A stretch of 64,000 nt of DNA, taken from the IMG/VR virus record IMGVR_UViG_3300010403_000705, positions 248,001 to 312,000 of that record, one strand, 5' to 3'. Position 1 is the first letter of the stretch. Each line of letters starts with the position of its first letter. Positions 1 through 9,132 of this stretch are shown in pieces. Under the pieces are notes generated by a model, which was not told the origin of the DNA, made no database searches, and saw only the letters and a program-made list of their open reading frames with translations. Made by a program: the position numbers and the translations under genes.

Positions 1-7
1 TGGTACA

Positions 8-202
8 GTGGCTATCATAGTGATGAGCAATCACCAAGCTGATATGTTGCAACTGTATAACAACCATCAGTTGCCGTTGCTTATCGGGGCTTCCATCATT
101 CCCATCATCTCTATTATGATTAGCCGGTGGTGGGGACTATTCTTCTATCTGTTCGCTTCTATAGCAGTCACGGCTCTTGTCATAGCTACTGTCGTGGTCT
201 AA
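8..202 (+). CDS. small membrane protein (probably 5'-truncated by window), paralog of 335..637
   Basis: Hydrophobic ORF sharing the YxNHQxPxL...ISRWWGLxFY motif with the next gene. Confidence 0.7.
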   Translation: MAIIVMSNHQADMLQLYNNHQLPLLIGASIIPIISIMISRWWGLFFYLFASIAVTALVIATVVV

Positions 203-205
203 TGA

Positions 206-228
206 AGAGGGGGACTAGCGCCCCCTCT
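206..228 (+). terminator. GC-rich hairpin after stop codon
   Basis: AGAGGGGG-actagcg-CCCCCTCT. Confidence 0.55.
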
Positions 229-246
229 GTTGTTAGAGTTGTGACT

Positions 247-281
247 TGGTACATCACTTGCAGATTGCATATTCAATGCCA
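247..281. promoter_or_regulatory. 35-bp dyad sigma54-like element, copy 1
   Basis: TGGTAC-N5-TTGCA-gat-TGCA-N7-TGCCA; GG-N10-GC on both strands. Confidence 0.75.
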
Positions 282-334
282 AGTGATGTAGATGATTGTT
301 AGAGACCCATCAAGTAATCAATCTGAAATTAACT

Positions 335-637
335 ATGCTCCTCATCTCGATCCTCTCCTTGGTTCTGTCAATCACCTCGATCTTCGTGGGTGGTGGCAAA
401 GGAATTGCTATGTGGGTGATTGGCACGATTGCCTTAATCATCGCTGGCAACTTTCTGGGGAATGTGATTCAGATGTACAGCAATCATCAGGGACCCATCC
501 TCCTGGCAACTGCGGGGATTCAGGTAGTGGCGATTCTCATCTCGCGGTGGTGGGGTTTGGTTTTTTACTTCGTTGCTTCGGTGGGTCTTACCCTGGTTCT
601 TTTCCTCGGTGCCCTGGCTACCATGACGGTTGGTTGA
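335..637 (+). CDS. membrane protein, paralog of 8..202
   Basis: Several hydrophobic helices; shared motif with the upstream gene; ATG at 335. Confidence 0.75.
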   Translation: MLLISILSLVLSITSIFVGGGKGIAMWVIGTIALIIAGNFLGNVIQMYSNHQGPILLATAGIQVVAILISRWWGLVFYFVASVGLTLVLFLGALATMTVG

Positions 638-671
638 TAGACCCATCTACTTGTTGCTCGGAGAGATAGCA

Positions 672-815
672 ATGCTAACCATCTTTTGGCTGATTGGTCT
701 GCTTTACTGTTGCATTAAGTCCGGTTCGGAAGGAGTAGCTTTTTACCTGCTGGCAACCTTCCTGTTTTTTCTTCTGTTAGGTCGTGTCAATTACAGCTTG
801 CATAGTGGGTTCTAA
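672..815 (+). CDS. small membrane protein
   Basis: GGAGAG upstream of ATG; two hydrophobic segments. Confidence 0.55.
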   Translation: MLTIFWLIGLLYCCIKSGSEGVAFYLLATFLFFLLLGRVNYSLHSGF

Positions 816-836
816 CCAATCTGTTGTATGCTGGTA

Positions 837-869
837 GTCCTGGATCCTCCTAAAATAAGGATCCAGGAC
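837..869 (+). terminator. hairpin terminator-like
   Basis: GTCCTGGATCCT...AGGATCCAGGAC 12-bp stem. Confidence 0.6.
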
Positions 870-890
870 TTACCTGTCATCTATTCTTGT

Positions 891-925
891 TGGCATATCA
901 ATTGCAATATACAGTATCTATACCA
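891..925. promoter_or_regulatory. 35-bp dyad sigma54-like element, copy 2
   Basis: TGGCAT-atcaa-TTGCA-ata-TACA-N7-TACCA. Confidence 0.75.
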
Positions 926-1169
926 AGGTGCAAAAAAGACTACTGCAAACCCATCCATTATTGATCTTGCTCTAAGTTATGAAGAACCTCTTTTGGTACG
1001 GTGTGGTCTTCGTGGGCGGTTTGTTCGTTGGGACGCAGTACATCTCTCCCATCCTGCCGCAGTTGAATCATACTGTGACGGCGATTTCGGATGGCGCCAG
1101 TAGCGTCAAGTCGTCTCTTCCCAAGGTCAAGTAAGTCCTGCGCCGACTCTTACATTACGATAAGCGACA

Positions 1170-1358
1170 ATGAAGACCATCTTTCTGACTTTGACTCTGG
1201 TTGTTGGTGGAATGTATGTGGGCGTCAAGTATGTGGCACCTATTGTGCCGCAAGCTCACATTCCGACGGCGGTAGAGTTCAAGGATGCTTTGCATAAGCT
1301 GCATCAGGAAGTCTCTTGTCCGGTCGGACCCAATCAGAGTAAGTGTCGCAAGATGTAA
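1170..1358 (+). CDS. small membrane-anchored or secreted protein
   Basis: MKT plus hydrophobic N-terminus. Confidence 0.65.
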   Translation: MKTIFLTLTLVVGGMYVGVKYVAPIVPQAHIPTAVEFKDALHKLHQEVSCPVGPNQSKCRKM

Positions 1359-1388
1359 CCCATCACGATCGAAAGGATACTCAATATC

Positions 1389-1589
1389 ATGAATTATTCT
1401 CCGCAGAAGCGTGCTGCCCGTACTCGTGAGCTGAACCGGCTGATTGACGCGCAGCTCAAAGATGACGACGCTCGACCCGCCCGCGTCAAGCGTCTTCGGG
1501 CTCCCATCGACGACACCGATCTGCTGCCTGATCTCTACCGCTCTCCACGCGGTCGGCGTAAGCAGAAGCCGCACCATACCCACGACTGA
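1389..1589 (+). CDS. small basic hypothetical protein
   Basis: AAGGA RBS; followed by hairpin. Confidence 0.65.
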   Translation: MNYSPQKRAARTRELNRLIDAQLKDDDARPARVKRLRAPIDDTDLLPDLYRSPRGRRKQKPHHTHD

Positions 1590-1596
1590 ACCAACT

Positions 1597-1626
1597 ATGC
1601 CTGGCACCTTTTAGGTTGCCAGGCAT
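1597..1626 (+). terminator. hairpin terminator-like
   Basis: ATGCCTGGCA...TGCCAGGCAT. Confidence 0.6.
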
Positions 1627-1646
1627 TATTATTTAAACTAGTTGTT

Positions 1647-1785
1647 TGGCATATGAGTTGCAATTAGCACAAGCTGTACCAAGGGCAAATTTAATAAGCC
1701 TGCACTTATGGCACGGAAGTTGTAATTAGCATAAGCTGTTCCAAGTCTTATGGCACGCTAGTTGCTAACTACAAGTCTTGTACCA
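1647..1785. promoter_or_regulatory. three tandem 35-bp dyad sigma54-like elements (1647-1681, 1709-1743, 1751-1785)
   Basis: TGGCAT-atgag-TTGCA, TGGCAC-ggaag-TTGTA, TGGCAC-gctag-TTGCT, each with an inverted partner half. Confidence 0.8.
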
Positions 1786-1978
1786 AGCTCTGTGATGTCT
1801 TAGAAGACACCCATCAATTACTATGATGTTGCTTAGACACCGGTTGACGCTAAGCAAAGCGCGAAACCGAAGCGGTGGCGAATAGCTGCTGCGCCCCTTA
1901 CGGTGGTTTCTCTCTCCCATCCCGTAAAGGGGTGATCCAATAAGAGAGACAGATTCCAGCAACCAAAAGGAGCGCATC

Positions 1979-3358
1979 ATGAATTCTCGCACCGACCACA
2001 ACTCTCTTCTCGCCGCTCTCGATTCCAGTGCTCTCAACTTCGTGACCGCCGCCTACGGTGCACCGGCGGCTCCCATCAAGCCGACCTTCTCGATCGTCAG
2101 CAACGTCAGCGCTTCGGATCTCCGAACGCCCAAGGCTCCCAAGACGGGCACCAAAGAAGTGATCCACACTGTCAAGCCGTGCAAGCTGCCCTCGCAAGGC
2201 ACCCTCGACGCGGCGAGCTTCCTGGTTGCCACACGGCAGGCTGGCAAGAGACCGGCGACGTACATCCAAGATACCACCGATCTGGAGACGGGCGAGTTTC
2301 ATGCCGCTGGTTCTCCGCGACTGTCGGATAACGGCAGTCCCATTCTGGTTCACGATCCCAAGGTGCAGGTCGCTGATGAAGCCGCCAACATCGCTGCTTT
2401 CTGCGGTTACGATCTCTCGCTGCCCCACGGCACTCAGCTTGATAACGCGGTCAGGATCGCTCGAAGCACGCTGCAATCGCGGCACGATCATCGCGGCAAC
2501 GGGCAATCCTCCAAGCCAGCGGCTGGCGATTGGTCTCGCGATTCTACTCACTTCACCTATGGCGCAAAGCGCCATGCGGTCACGGTAACGCATCACATCG
2601 CGGCACAGCAGATCACCCCGGGTGCCGCCCATCGTTCGCCAGAGGCGCATCAGAATAGGTGGAGCATCGCTGGTTACGTGGCTGGGCGTCCCAATGCCCT
2701 TGCCAAGCTGGTCTCTGACCTGGAGGGGCGTGAGCGTCTGGCGGTGAGCGACAAGATCACGTTCGTCAACCTGCGCGAGCACGTGATGAAGAATGAGCTT
2801 GACGCCTATACCAAGCGTCTCGCCGCCGAGTTTCCTTCGACCGTCGCCTTGCGCGAGACGCTCAATGAGAATGGCGACGTGGTGGGATACGAGAAGGTCG
2901 AGATCAAGAATCCCATCGCCGCGTCTCTGCATGGGCTTCCGTGGAGGAGCGAGAAGCTGATCAACGCTCTTGCCAGTCTTCAAGCTCTGGCGGAAGCCCG
3001 TCTGGAAGCGATTCGCGCCGACAAGACAGGCGTGGATGTGGATGTGGAAACGGCTTACCAAACGGTTGCCCGTATCGCCGAGGAAGAGGCGACCGCTCCC
3101 ATCCGTCAGGGAGAAGAGATCGAGATCGAGAGCATCAATGTCAAGGGCATGCCTGCCAAGATGAGCCGTTATCAGGTGCGCTTGGCGGAAGCTAGCCGGC
3201 TTGCCAATCTCTCGAATCTCGCCGCCGAAGGTGACGCCATCTCTCAGCAAGAGTGCTTCGAGATCGTCTGCTCCCGTACGCGTCAGTCCCTGTCACAGCG
3301 TGGCGCGCCCACGATTGAGGAAGAGCTGACTCTCCTCAACTCTCTTCCCAAGGGATGA
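1979..3358 (+). CDS. hypothetical protein (459 aa), probably highly expressed early protein
   Basis: AAGGAG RBS, strong C/G-ending codon bias, downstream of triple promoter-like element, followed by hairpin. Confidence 0.85.
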   Translation: MNSRTDHNSLLAALDSSALNFVTAAYGAPAAPIKPTFSIVSNVSASDLRTPKAPKTGTKEVIHTVKPCKLPSQGTLDAASFLVATRQAGKRPATYIQDTTDLETGEFHAAGSPRLSDNGSPILVHDPKVQVADEAANIAAFCGYDLSLPHGTQLDNAVRIARSTLQSRHDHRGNGQSSKPAAGDWSRDSTHFTYGAKRHAVTVTHHIAAQQITPGAAHRSPEAHQNRWSIAGYVAGRPNALAKLVSDLEGRERLAVSDKITFVNLREHVMKNELDAYTKRLAAEFPSTVALRETLNENGDVVGYEKVEIKNPIAASLHGLPWRSEKLINALASLQALAEARLEAIRADKTGVDVDVETAYQTVARIAEEEATAPIRQGEEIEIESINVKGMPAKMSRYQVRLAEASRLANLSNLAAEGDAISQQECFEIVCSRTRQSLSQRGAPTIEEELTLLNSLPKG

Positions 3359-3549
3359 GAAACTCTGAGATTTGGGAGAGGGGCTCGGTCCCTCTCCCAT
3401 CTCTTCTTAAGATTCGATGTTATCGAAGATAATTGAAACAGCACAGGTTCCTGCCAAAGACGCGCATGCGTATATCAGAGCCTATGACTGTTGCAATTCT
3501 CTTCAATAGAATTGAGTTTAGGAGAACCATGAAACAGTTTAAGAGAAAC

Positions 3550-3912
3550 ATGAAACAGTTTAAGCTGTATTGGTTGTCTGGTAAGATCGAGGCTGACGCT
3601 TGTCGAAGAGCGGGCGTTGGTGGTTCATCACTTGCCGCACTTGATTACTCCTATAAGGAGTTAAAGGCTGAAGTCAAAGCCTTGACCAACCAAGAGCTTG
3701 CTGATCTCTGTCGGAGCTTCGCAGACATCTGGTCTGATAATATCGAAGATGACAGGCAACCGGTTCTTGCGCAACTCTCTGAGTATGCAAAGACGGATGT
3801 GAGTCTGCACGCCAGGTTGGTTGCTATGATCTCGCTGTATATCTTCGGTCGGTCGCAATCGACTGTGGCGGTAGAAGAATTCCTGGACAATATCTATCAA
3901 CCAGAAGGTTGA
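3550..3912 (+). CDS. hypothetical protein
   Basis: ORF; start region duplicated (ATGAAACAGTTTAAG at 3529 and 3550); AGGAG before the first copy. Confidence 0.6.
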   Translation: MKQFKLYWLSGKIEADACRRAGVGGSSLAALDYSYKELKAEVKALTNQELADLCRSFADIWSDNIEDDRQPVLAQLSEYAKTDVSLHARLVAMISLYIFGRSQSTVAVEEFLDNIYQPEG

Positions 3913-4062
3913 CCCATCCATGCGTCAATGGCTACGTGATCGTTATCGTCGGAGAGACCTGACCATCAAGCTGCGACGTAAGGAGTCAGGTCTTCGTCGG
4001 TTTCGAATCAAAGATGATCGGTATGCAATACCGCGAGAGCGGTGGCAACAGGAGCCCATCTG

Positions 4063-4284
4063 ATGTCAAGTGGTTTTAATTGCTACCTCAGTCAGGTCAA
4101 GTTGACCGTGGATGGCTACGAGCATGGACCGTGTGGCAAACATTGGGGCGTGGGTAAGCCACTGTACAAGATGGATATCAAGATGGCAGACTTCTGGAAG
4201 ACCGCCCATCTGCGCGCGGATGATCGTGAGGATGCCAAAAAGAAAGTGCTAAAGCAGTATCCTAAAGCGCTGTTCTTCATCTGA
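4063..4284 (+). CDS. hypothetical phage protein
   Basis: GGAG RBS; GY..G..WGVGKPLY motif. Confidence 0.65.
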   Translation: MSSGFNCYLSQVKLTVDGYEHGPCGKHWGVGKPLYKMDIKMADFWKTAHLRADDREDAKKKVLKQYPKALFFI

Positions 4285-4319
4285 TACCCATCTCTGTGTC
4301 TAAGTGAGGTCAAAGCATC

Positions 4320-4517
4320 ATGGCAAAGCCGGTGTGGCAGCAGAGGTTGCAGGACAAGCTGAATAGTAACCCGCTGTGTTTCGTCGGAGACACGCATCTG
4401 GTCAAGCACGTCTCTTGTCTCAAACAGGGTGAGAGCAAAGGAAAAAAGGTTACTCTGAGATTGGCGGTTAACTTCAGCTTCAATACCTGTGCGGAATGTA
4501 AGGTCTCGGTCAGGTAA
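4320..4517 (+). CDS. hypothetical protein
   Basis: GAGG RBS, ORF. Confidence 0.5.
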   Translation: MAKPVWQQRLQDKLNSNPLCFVGDTHLVKHVSCLKQGESKGKKVTLRLAVNFSFNTCAECKVSVR

Positions 4518-4530
4518 CGACGTGTGTCTG

Positions 4531-5004
4531 TAGGTGCGGAAGCGAGAACGCTTGGAAGGAACACCCGAAGGATTCGGTGGTAATTGCGTCCAGTTGGTAA
4601 GATACAGATCGGTTAAGTTCCGAGTCTGACACTGGGTCTATCACTCTGCTTCAGCAATAGAGTTGTACCTAATAAGCTAATCCAATTATCAAACCCATCT
4701 GGGTTGGTTGGAACGCGAGCTTGGGTTGAGCTGAAAAAAGAGATAGCAATCTGTTAACGCGATTGATGATGGTCCAATCGACAGGTCATACCGCTGTAAG
4801 ATCGGAAGTTTTGCGGCGGACATTGGAGAGTTTGAGTCTCTCCCATCAATCTCCCACTGACAGAATGAAACGCGGTTTTAATATTCTCCGGTAACCCCGG
4901 ATAGGTGTGGGGTCTGTGACAGCACCGAGGGAGCCCCATAGTTCTGTACAGTGACGTGTGAACGCACACGTCACCCTCATCCAAGCGTTTTCCCTTCCGC
5001 ATCT
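4531..5004 (+). ncRNA. candidate ~470-nt structured RNA with internal tRNA-like domain
   Basis: TAGGTGCGGAAG..AACGCTTGGA pairs with TCCAAGCGTT..CTTCCGCATCTA; internal cloverleaf-like fold 4761-4851; no + ORF. Confidence 0.55.
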
Positions 5005-5042
5005 AGAAACAACTCTAGCAACTCTTATCCGAGGCTGGCATC

Positions 5043-5378
5043 ATGTCAAAAGTTTCTGGTTTCGTTAACGTTGTCAGGGGTTACGTAGGCATCCTGTCTA
5101 AATTCGTCAGAAACTCATTGTTTCATGAATGCTCCAGCGTCGAGATGCTGAAAGAACGCCTGTCTCGCGGCAATTGGTGCCTTGCCCAGGCTTTCTACTG
5201 GCAGGATCTTTGTTTCATCAACCAAGTCGACGGTGGCGATGAATGGCTCGTCATCAAGGGCGATCTCGTGTTCGAGAGTTTGACTGTCGAGCCGATGATC
5301 GCTAGCGGTCGCTTCGACGACTTCCTTCGAAGGGTGATGACGGCGAGTCGTGAACAACTTCTAACGCTTCAATACTAG
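5043..5378 (+). CDS. hypothetical phage protein
   Basis: GAGG RBS; GNWCLAQAFY...INQVDGGDEWLVIK. Confidence 0.75.
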   Translation: MSKVSGFVNVVRGYVGILSKFVRNSLFHECSSVEMLKERLSRGNWCLAQAFYWQDLCFINQVDGGDEWLVIKGDLVFESLTVEPMIASGRFDDFLRRVMTASREQLLTLQY

Positions 5379-5439
5379 ATCTAAAGAGAACCCATCGACC
5401 AACCATTAATAGAGACCTTAGTAAAGGTAAAGAATAGCT

Positions 5440-5715
5440 ATGAGTTCCTATCAGGTCCTGGCGAGATTGGAATTGCCAGGCGTAAAGGATGATAATATCT
5501 CCTGTACTGTTTCCACGTTGGAAACAGGTCTTTCGAACGTAATGTCAGTAGTGCAGATCGGAGAAAAAGTTTGGCGAGAGATACATCCTCGTGCGCCTGA
5601 AGATGTGTGTGGGTTTCTGGACATGATGAAGAAATGTATCAAACGTGCCCATCACGATCTAGGAATGGCAAAAAAGGAACTTCAATTTCTCAATCTTGAT
5701 CCCAATCAGGAGTAA
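5440..5715 (+). CDS. hypothetical protein
   Basis: ORF followed by palindromic terminator. Confidence 0.65.
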   Translation: MSSYQVLARLELPGVKDDNISCTVSTLETGLSNVMSVVQIGEKVWREIHPRAPEDVCGFLDMMKKCIKRAHHDLGMAKKELQFLNLDPNQE

Positions 5716-5740
5716 AAAGACAGAAGCTAGTCCAGCGTGC

Positions 5741-5780
5741 AAAGAAGAGAGACGGTGCGTACGCACCGTCTCTCTTCTTT
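5741..5780. terminator. perfect 40-bp palindrome, bidirectional terminator-like
   Basis: AAAGAAGAGAGACGGTGCGT|ACGCACCGTCTCTCTTCTTT followed by T-rich tract. Confidence 0.7.
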
Positions 5781-5793
5781 GTTTTTAATTGGT

Positions 5794-5828
5794 TGGTATG
5801 AAGATTGCAAATTGCAAAGTCTAAGCCA
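5794..5828. promoter_or_regulatory. 35-bp dyad sigma54-like element
   Basis: TGGTAT-gaaga-TTGCA-aat-TGCA-N7-AGCCA. Confidence 0.75.
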
Positions 5829-5887
5829 ATCTATCGGAGACCCATCAACCAAACCTACCTTTGCGTGAAGGAAAGGAATTGATTTTC

Positions 5888-6142
5888 ATGACTCTGAGAC
5901 TGGATCAGTTTTATAAAGATTGTCTGGCTCGTTACATGCAAACAGGCGAGCGATATGGGCAAGCTGCCTTTAACCATTTGCTAGAGGTGCGCCCATCACT
6001 GGCAGAACAAGTTCGAGGAACAGAATGCGATCCCTTCCATTGCACTCGACAGGCTGATACCTCTGTTGCTCCGGCGGGGATGCGAAAGGTCTGGGATAAC
6101 TTCGTGGAATTCCTTTCCCAGCACTGGGATGATTCCGCTTAA
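5888..6142 (+). CDS. hypothetical phage protein
   Basis: AAGGA RBS; RYGQAAFN..L..RP....VRGT..DPF motif. Confidence 0.7.
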   Translation: MTLRLDQFYKDCLARYMQTGERYGQAAFNHLLEVRPSLAEQVRGTECDPFHCTRQADTSVAPAGMRKVWDNFVEFLSQHWDDSA

Positions 6143-6203
6143 ACGTTAAGTCTTGTTTATCCTTCATCCCATCTCTCACAAGAGAAGATAGAGAGTAGCA
6201 TCT

Positions 6204-6677
6204 ATGAAGACCGTCAAAGAGATTCTGATTGAGGCTTCCAATCTTCTTTCTGAGGATACATGGTATCAGGGATCTTTTTTCAATACACGATGGCAGGAAG
6301 ATACAGAGTGTACTGTGCTATGCTATTGCGCGCATGGCGCGGTTCAGGCTGTTGGTAATGAAAAAGTAGCTGAGATCTTGTCATCACCCATATGTATCGA
6401 GATTGCTGTGACCAGTGATGCACAGGATGTCGCGGGCGACACCCGAGCCCGTGACGCTTGGCGTCTGGGCGCCCAAAACACGCTTTTTGGGCTGTCTGTA
6501 CAAGACAACTGGAATTCCAGACCGTTCTTCTGTAACGATCCAACAATGGCAGCTCACTACGTTTTGGGTATGGTGGGCTTGACTTCTGTCTTTAACGATC
6601 TTGGTTCAACTACTTTTCAGATGATCAAGCAGAAGTTTACGCTGGCTATCGAGACCGCCAAACGGCTCGACATCTAA
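6204..6677 (+). CDS. hypothetical protein, paralog family A copy 1
   Basis: Shares W.QG..F, C.CAHGAV, HY.LGMVGLT..FND with 11321 and 13066. Confidence 0.8.
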   Translation: MKTVKEILIEASNLLSEDTWYQGSFFNTRWQEDTECTVLCYCAHGAVQAVGNEKVAEILSSPICIEIAVTSDAQDVAGDTRARDAWRLGAQNTLFGLSVQDNWNSRPFFCNDPTMAAHYVLGMVGLTSVFNDLGSTTFQMIKQKFTLAIETAKRLDI

Positions 6678-6680
6678 TAA

Positions 6681-6709
6681 AAAAGGAACGGCACCCCGCC
6701 GTTCCTTTT
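6681..6709 (+). terminator. intrinsic terminator
   Basis: AAAAGGAACGGC...GCCGTTCCTTTT. Confidence 0.7.
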
Positions 6710-6717
6710 GAAAGTTC

Positions 6718-6752
6718 TGGCACTGACATTGCAGATTGCATTTAATATACCA
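6718..6752. promoter_or_regulatory. 35-bp dyad sigma54-like element
   Basis: TGGCAC-tgaca-TTGCA-gat-TGCA-N7-TACCA. Confidence 0.8.
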
Positions 6753-6804
6753 ACAGCGATTAACACTGATAAGCACCCATCAGTTAATAAGATCTTCTAC
6801 AACT

Positions 6805-6957
6805 ATGGCTCGCATGAATATCAACGGTCTGACCTTCAATGACTGGCTGTCTGCCGCAGGATGCTCTTCGGATAAAGGCAAAGGAATCATCACTCTGATG
6901 TTGATCTCTGCCTGGCAAGGTGGGGAAGATCCGTGTGAGTGGAAGCAAGATAGCTAA
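6805..6957 (+). CDS. small hypothetical protein
   Basis: First ORF after promoter-like element. Confidence 0.5.
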   Translation: MARMNINGLTFNDWLSAAGCSSDKGKGIITLMLISAWQGGEDPCEWKQDS

Positions 6958-6994
6958 GCTTTCCCATCCTACAGCATAAGGACAGATATCTATC

Positions 6995-7447
6995 ATGAAA
7001 GTCTATATTCTCGCGGGCGCCAGTGGCAGCGGTAAGAGTCATCTAGCTTCGAAGATATGGGCTAGCCATCCAAAGGTGCTGGTATGTAGCGCCGACGACT
7101 ACCTCTATGATAGCCATGGCACTTATGTGTGGGGCGCGGATAAGCTCGCCGCTGCACACAACGAATGTCTGAAGAAGTTCATTGCTGCTGTTCAAGAAGA
7201 AGTGCCTGTGGTGGTGGTGGATAATACCAATACCACCATAGCAGAGATCGCGCCTTACTACAGCATTGCAGCCGCCTACGGCGCTGAGGTTGAGCTTGTC
7301 ATCCTCTTCTGCAATCCAGAAAAAGCCGTCAACCGTAACAAGCATAATACGCCGGCACCGGTAGTAACTGCCCAGATAAAGCGCCTCGGATGTCAAGAGC
7401 TTCCTTCGTTCTGGAAGTGTTCTATTCAAGTGATGTGCACAGATTGA
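6995..7447 (+). CDS. P-loop nucleotide/polynucleotide kinase (AAA_33-like)
   Basis: GASGSGKS Walker A, CSADDY, VVVDNTN, RNKH lid. Confidence 0.85.
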   Translation: MKVYILAGASGSGKSHLASKIWASHPKVLVCSADDYLYDSHGTYVWGADKLAAAHNECLKKFIAAVQEEVPVVVVDNTNTTIAEIAPYYSIAAAYGAEVELVILFCNPEKAVNRNKHNTPAPVVTAQIKRLGCQELPSFWKCSIQVMCTD

Positions 7448-7454
7448 ACCACTG

Positions 7455-7484
7455 AGGCGAGGGGAGCATCCCCTCGCCTTTTTT
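7455..7484 (+). terminator. intrinsic terminator
   Basis: AGGCGAGGGGA-gca-TCCCCTCGCCT plus T tract. Confidence 0.75.
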
Positions 7485-7490
7485 GCTGAA

Positions 7491-7525
7491 TGGCGCAGTG
7501 ATTGCTAGTTGCAAAGTAGATGCCA
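7491..7525. promoter_or_regulatory. 35-bp dyad sigma54-like element
   Basis: TGGCGC-agtga-TTGCT-agt-TGCA-N7-TGCCA. Confidence 0.75.
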
Positions 7526-7595
7526 TCAACCATCCAGGTAATAAACTAATAAACCCATCGATTAATAAGAGATCCAATATCTGAGAGGTGCAACG

Positions 7596-9063
7596 ATGTT
7601 TCAGATCACGGGCGAGCATGGTCATGTGGATGGCGATGACGAATTTTATCTGATGCAGTTGCGTGATACCCATCAGCTCCAAGAGCTTCTCCACGGAGCC
7701 TGCGATGATGATGTGGAAAGCAAGTGCCCTTATATCGGTCTTCTGCCGCAAGAGAGCGAGAAAGAAAACGGGTCTCCCATCAATTGGGGCATCAGTTTCC
7801 GGCACGAGACTGATGCCGAGATCGATGAACAGATTCGATATGCAATGCTTTTAGTCTCAGTGTGAGCTGAAGCAGAGCATCAACCCATCAAGCCATAGAA
7901 GAGAAAGTTGGTATGGAAAACATCGGACCTGTTGCATCTTACACCGAAGGGCTGCGAGCCATCAAGTTCCTCGCCAGGCTGTCGAGGTTGCCAATCATCT
8001 TCTTTGGGTTGGATCCCAGTCCTCACAGCAATCAGCTTTGGCTGACCTATAATAAACGTCGCCACGAAGAGCTGTTTCGAGAGGGCTCGGTTGGCATGGG
8101 GATGGGTTCTCATGAATTGGCTGGCGCCTTGGATGCCTGGCGATGTCTTAATCGCACCCATCAGCGACGCAAAATCTCTAACCCAAGAGCTGTAAAGCCT
8201 CGGACTTTTAATGACGTGAAGTTATCGTTCCAATATGATGAGGAAAAAACATGAGTTCATCTCCCATCAGCAGCGAGGTCCCGACCTCGCGAGAGTTGAC
8301 CTATCAGCAAGTACAGCAGCAGTTTCCGGAAGCTTGGGAAGAGCTTCCCAAATCTTATCAAGCAGATAGCTGTCTGACCTTTTACTTGCAGGACCATGAG
8401 TTGTCGGCGGACCATGACCTGCACGCGGAAACGTATGTGTGGCTTCCCACCCAGTCTTTCTGGACTCTCGTTAACAGACGGCATCGATAATCACAACTTC
8501 ACAGTCTCTTATTCCTGAGGAAGGCTCAATACAAGGATGTGACATCTATGGAGCCCATCGTCATTGAAGTGTCTGAGGAACCTGGACTAACGGGGCTTCA
8601 AGAGATTGTACGACGTATCAAGAGTCTCATCAATCCGGATCCTTGGGCGGAGTCAGCACCCATCATTCTGCGTGGTACGGCAAAAACTCTGGCGCTGGTT
8701 AAACTGCTGCGACTGAATCAAGTACAGGGGATTCAGATGGAGGTGATATCTTCTGCCTCACCTCCAGATCCCATCATGAATACCTAAGTAGACATCATGA
8801 AAAAACTAGTCAGACTGACTATCATCTATCTGCATCACAAGTCATCTGCTGTGGTAACGGCGGATGTGCAAACCAAGGATGGTTGGGATACTCTGACAGT
8901 ACCAGACCATATCATGAATGACATGGCAACTGAGTTGGGTTGCCCATCTGGAACTTACTTCACCTATATTATTAGCGAGGATCTTTGCGCCTCGTTTGAT
9001 GATTCTGGTGTCTTCAGATCATGTCATGATTCTGATCAGAGCTGTTGGCGCAAGTGCCTCTGA
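7596..9063 (+). other. cluster of five small hypothetical CDS (7596-7865, 7913-8254, 8251-8490, 8539-8787, 8797-9063)
   Basis: Tightly packed co-directional ORFs with RBS-like purine tracts. Confidence 0.6.
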
Positions 9064-9132
9064 GGCGTGGTAGAAAACCATAACCCATCCGCAAACTTCA
9101 GACATTATGTAGTTGGTGTGAGGTCAATCAAG

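Noticed and set aside
247-1785. Dyad elements as a CRISPR array
   Set aside because: Repeats are degenerate, mostly dispersed and separated by genes; no constant spacer length and no cas genes
1898-3250. 450-aa minus-strand ORF
   Set aside because: Antisense shadow of the codon-biased + strand gene 1979..3358; no RBS or domain signal
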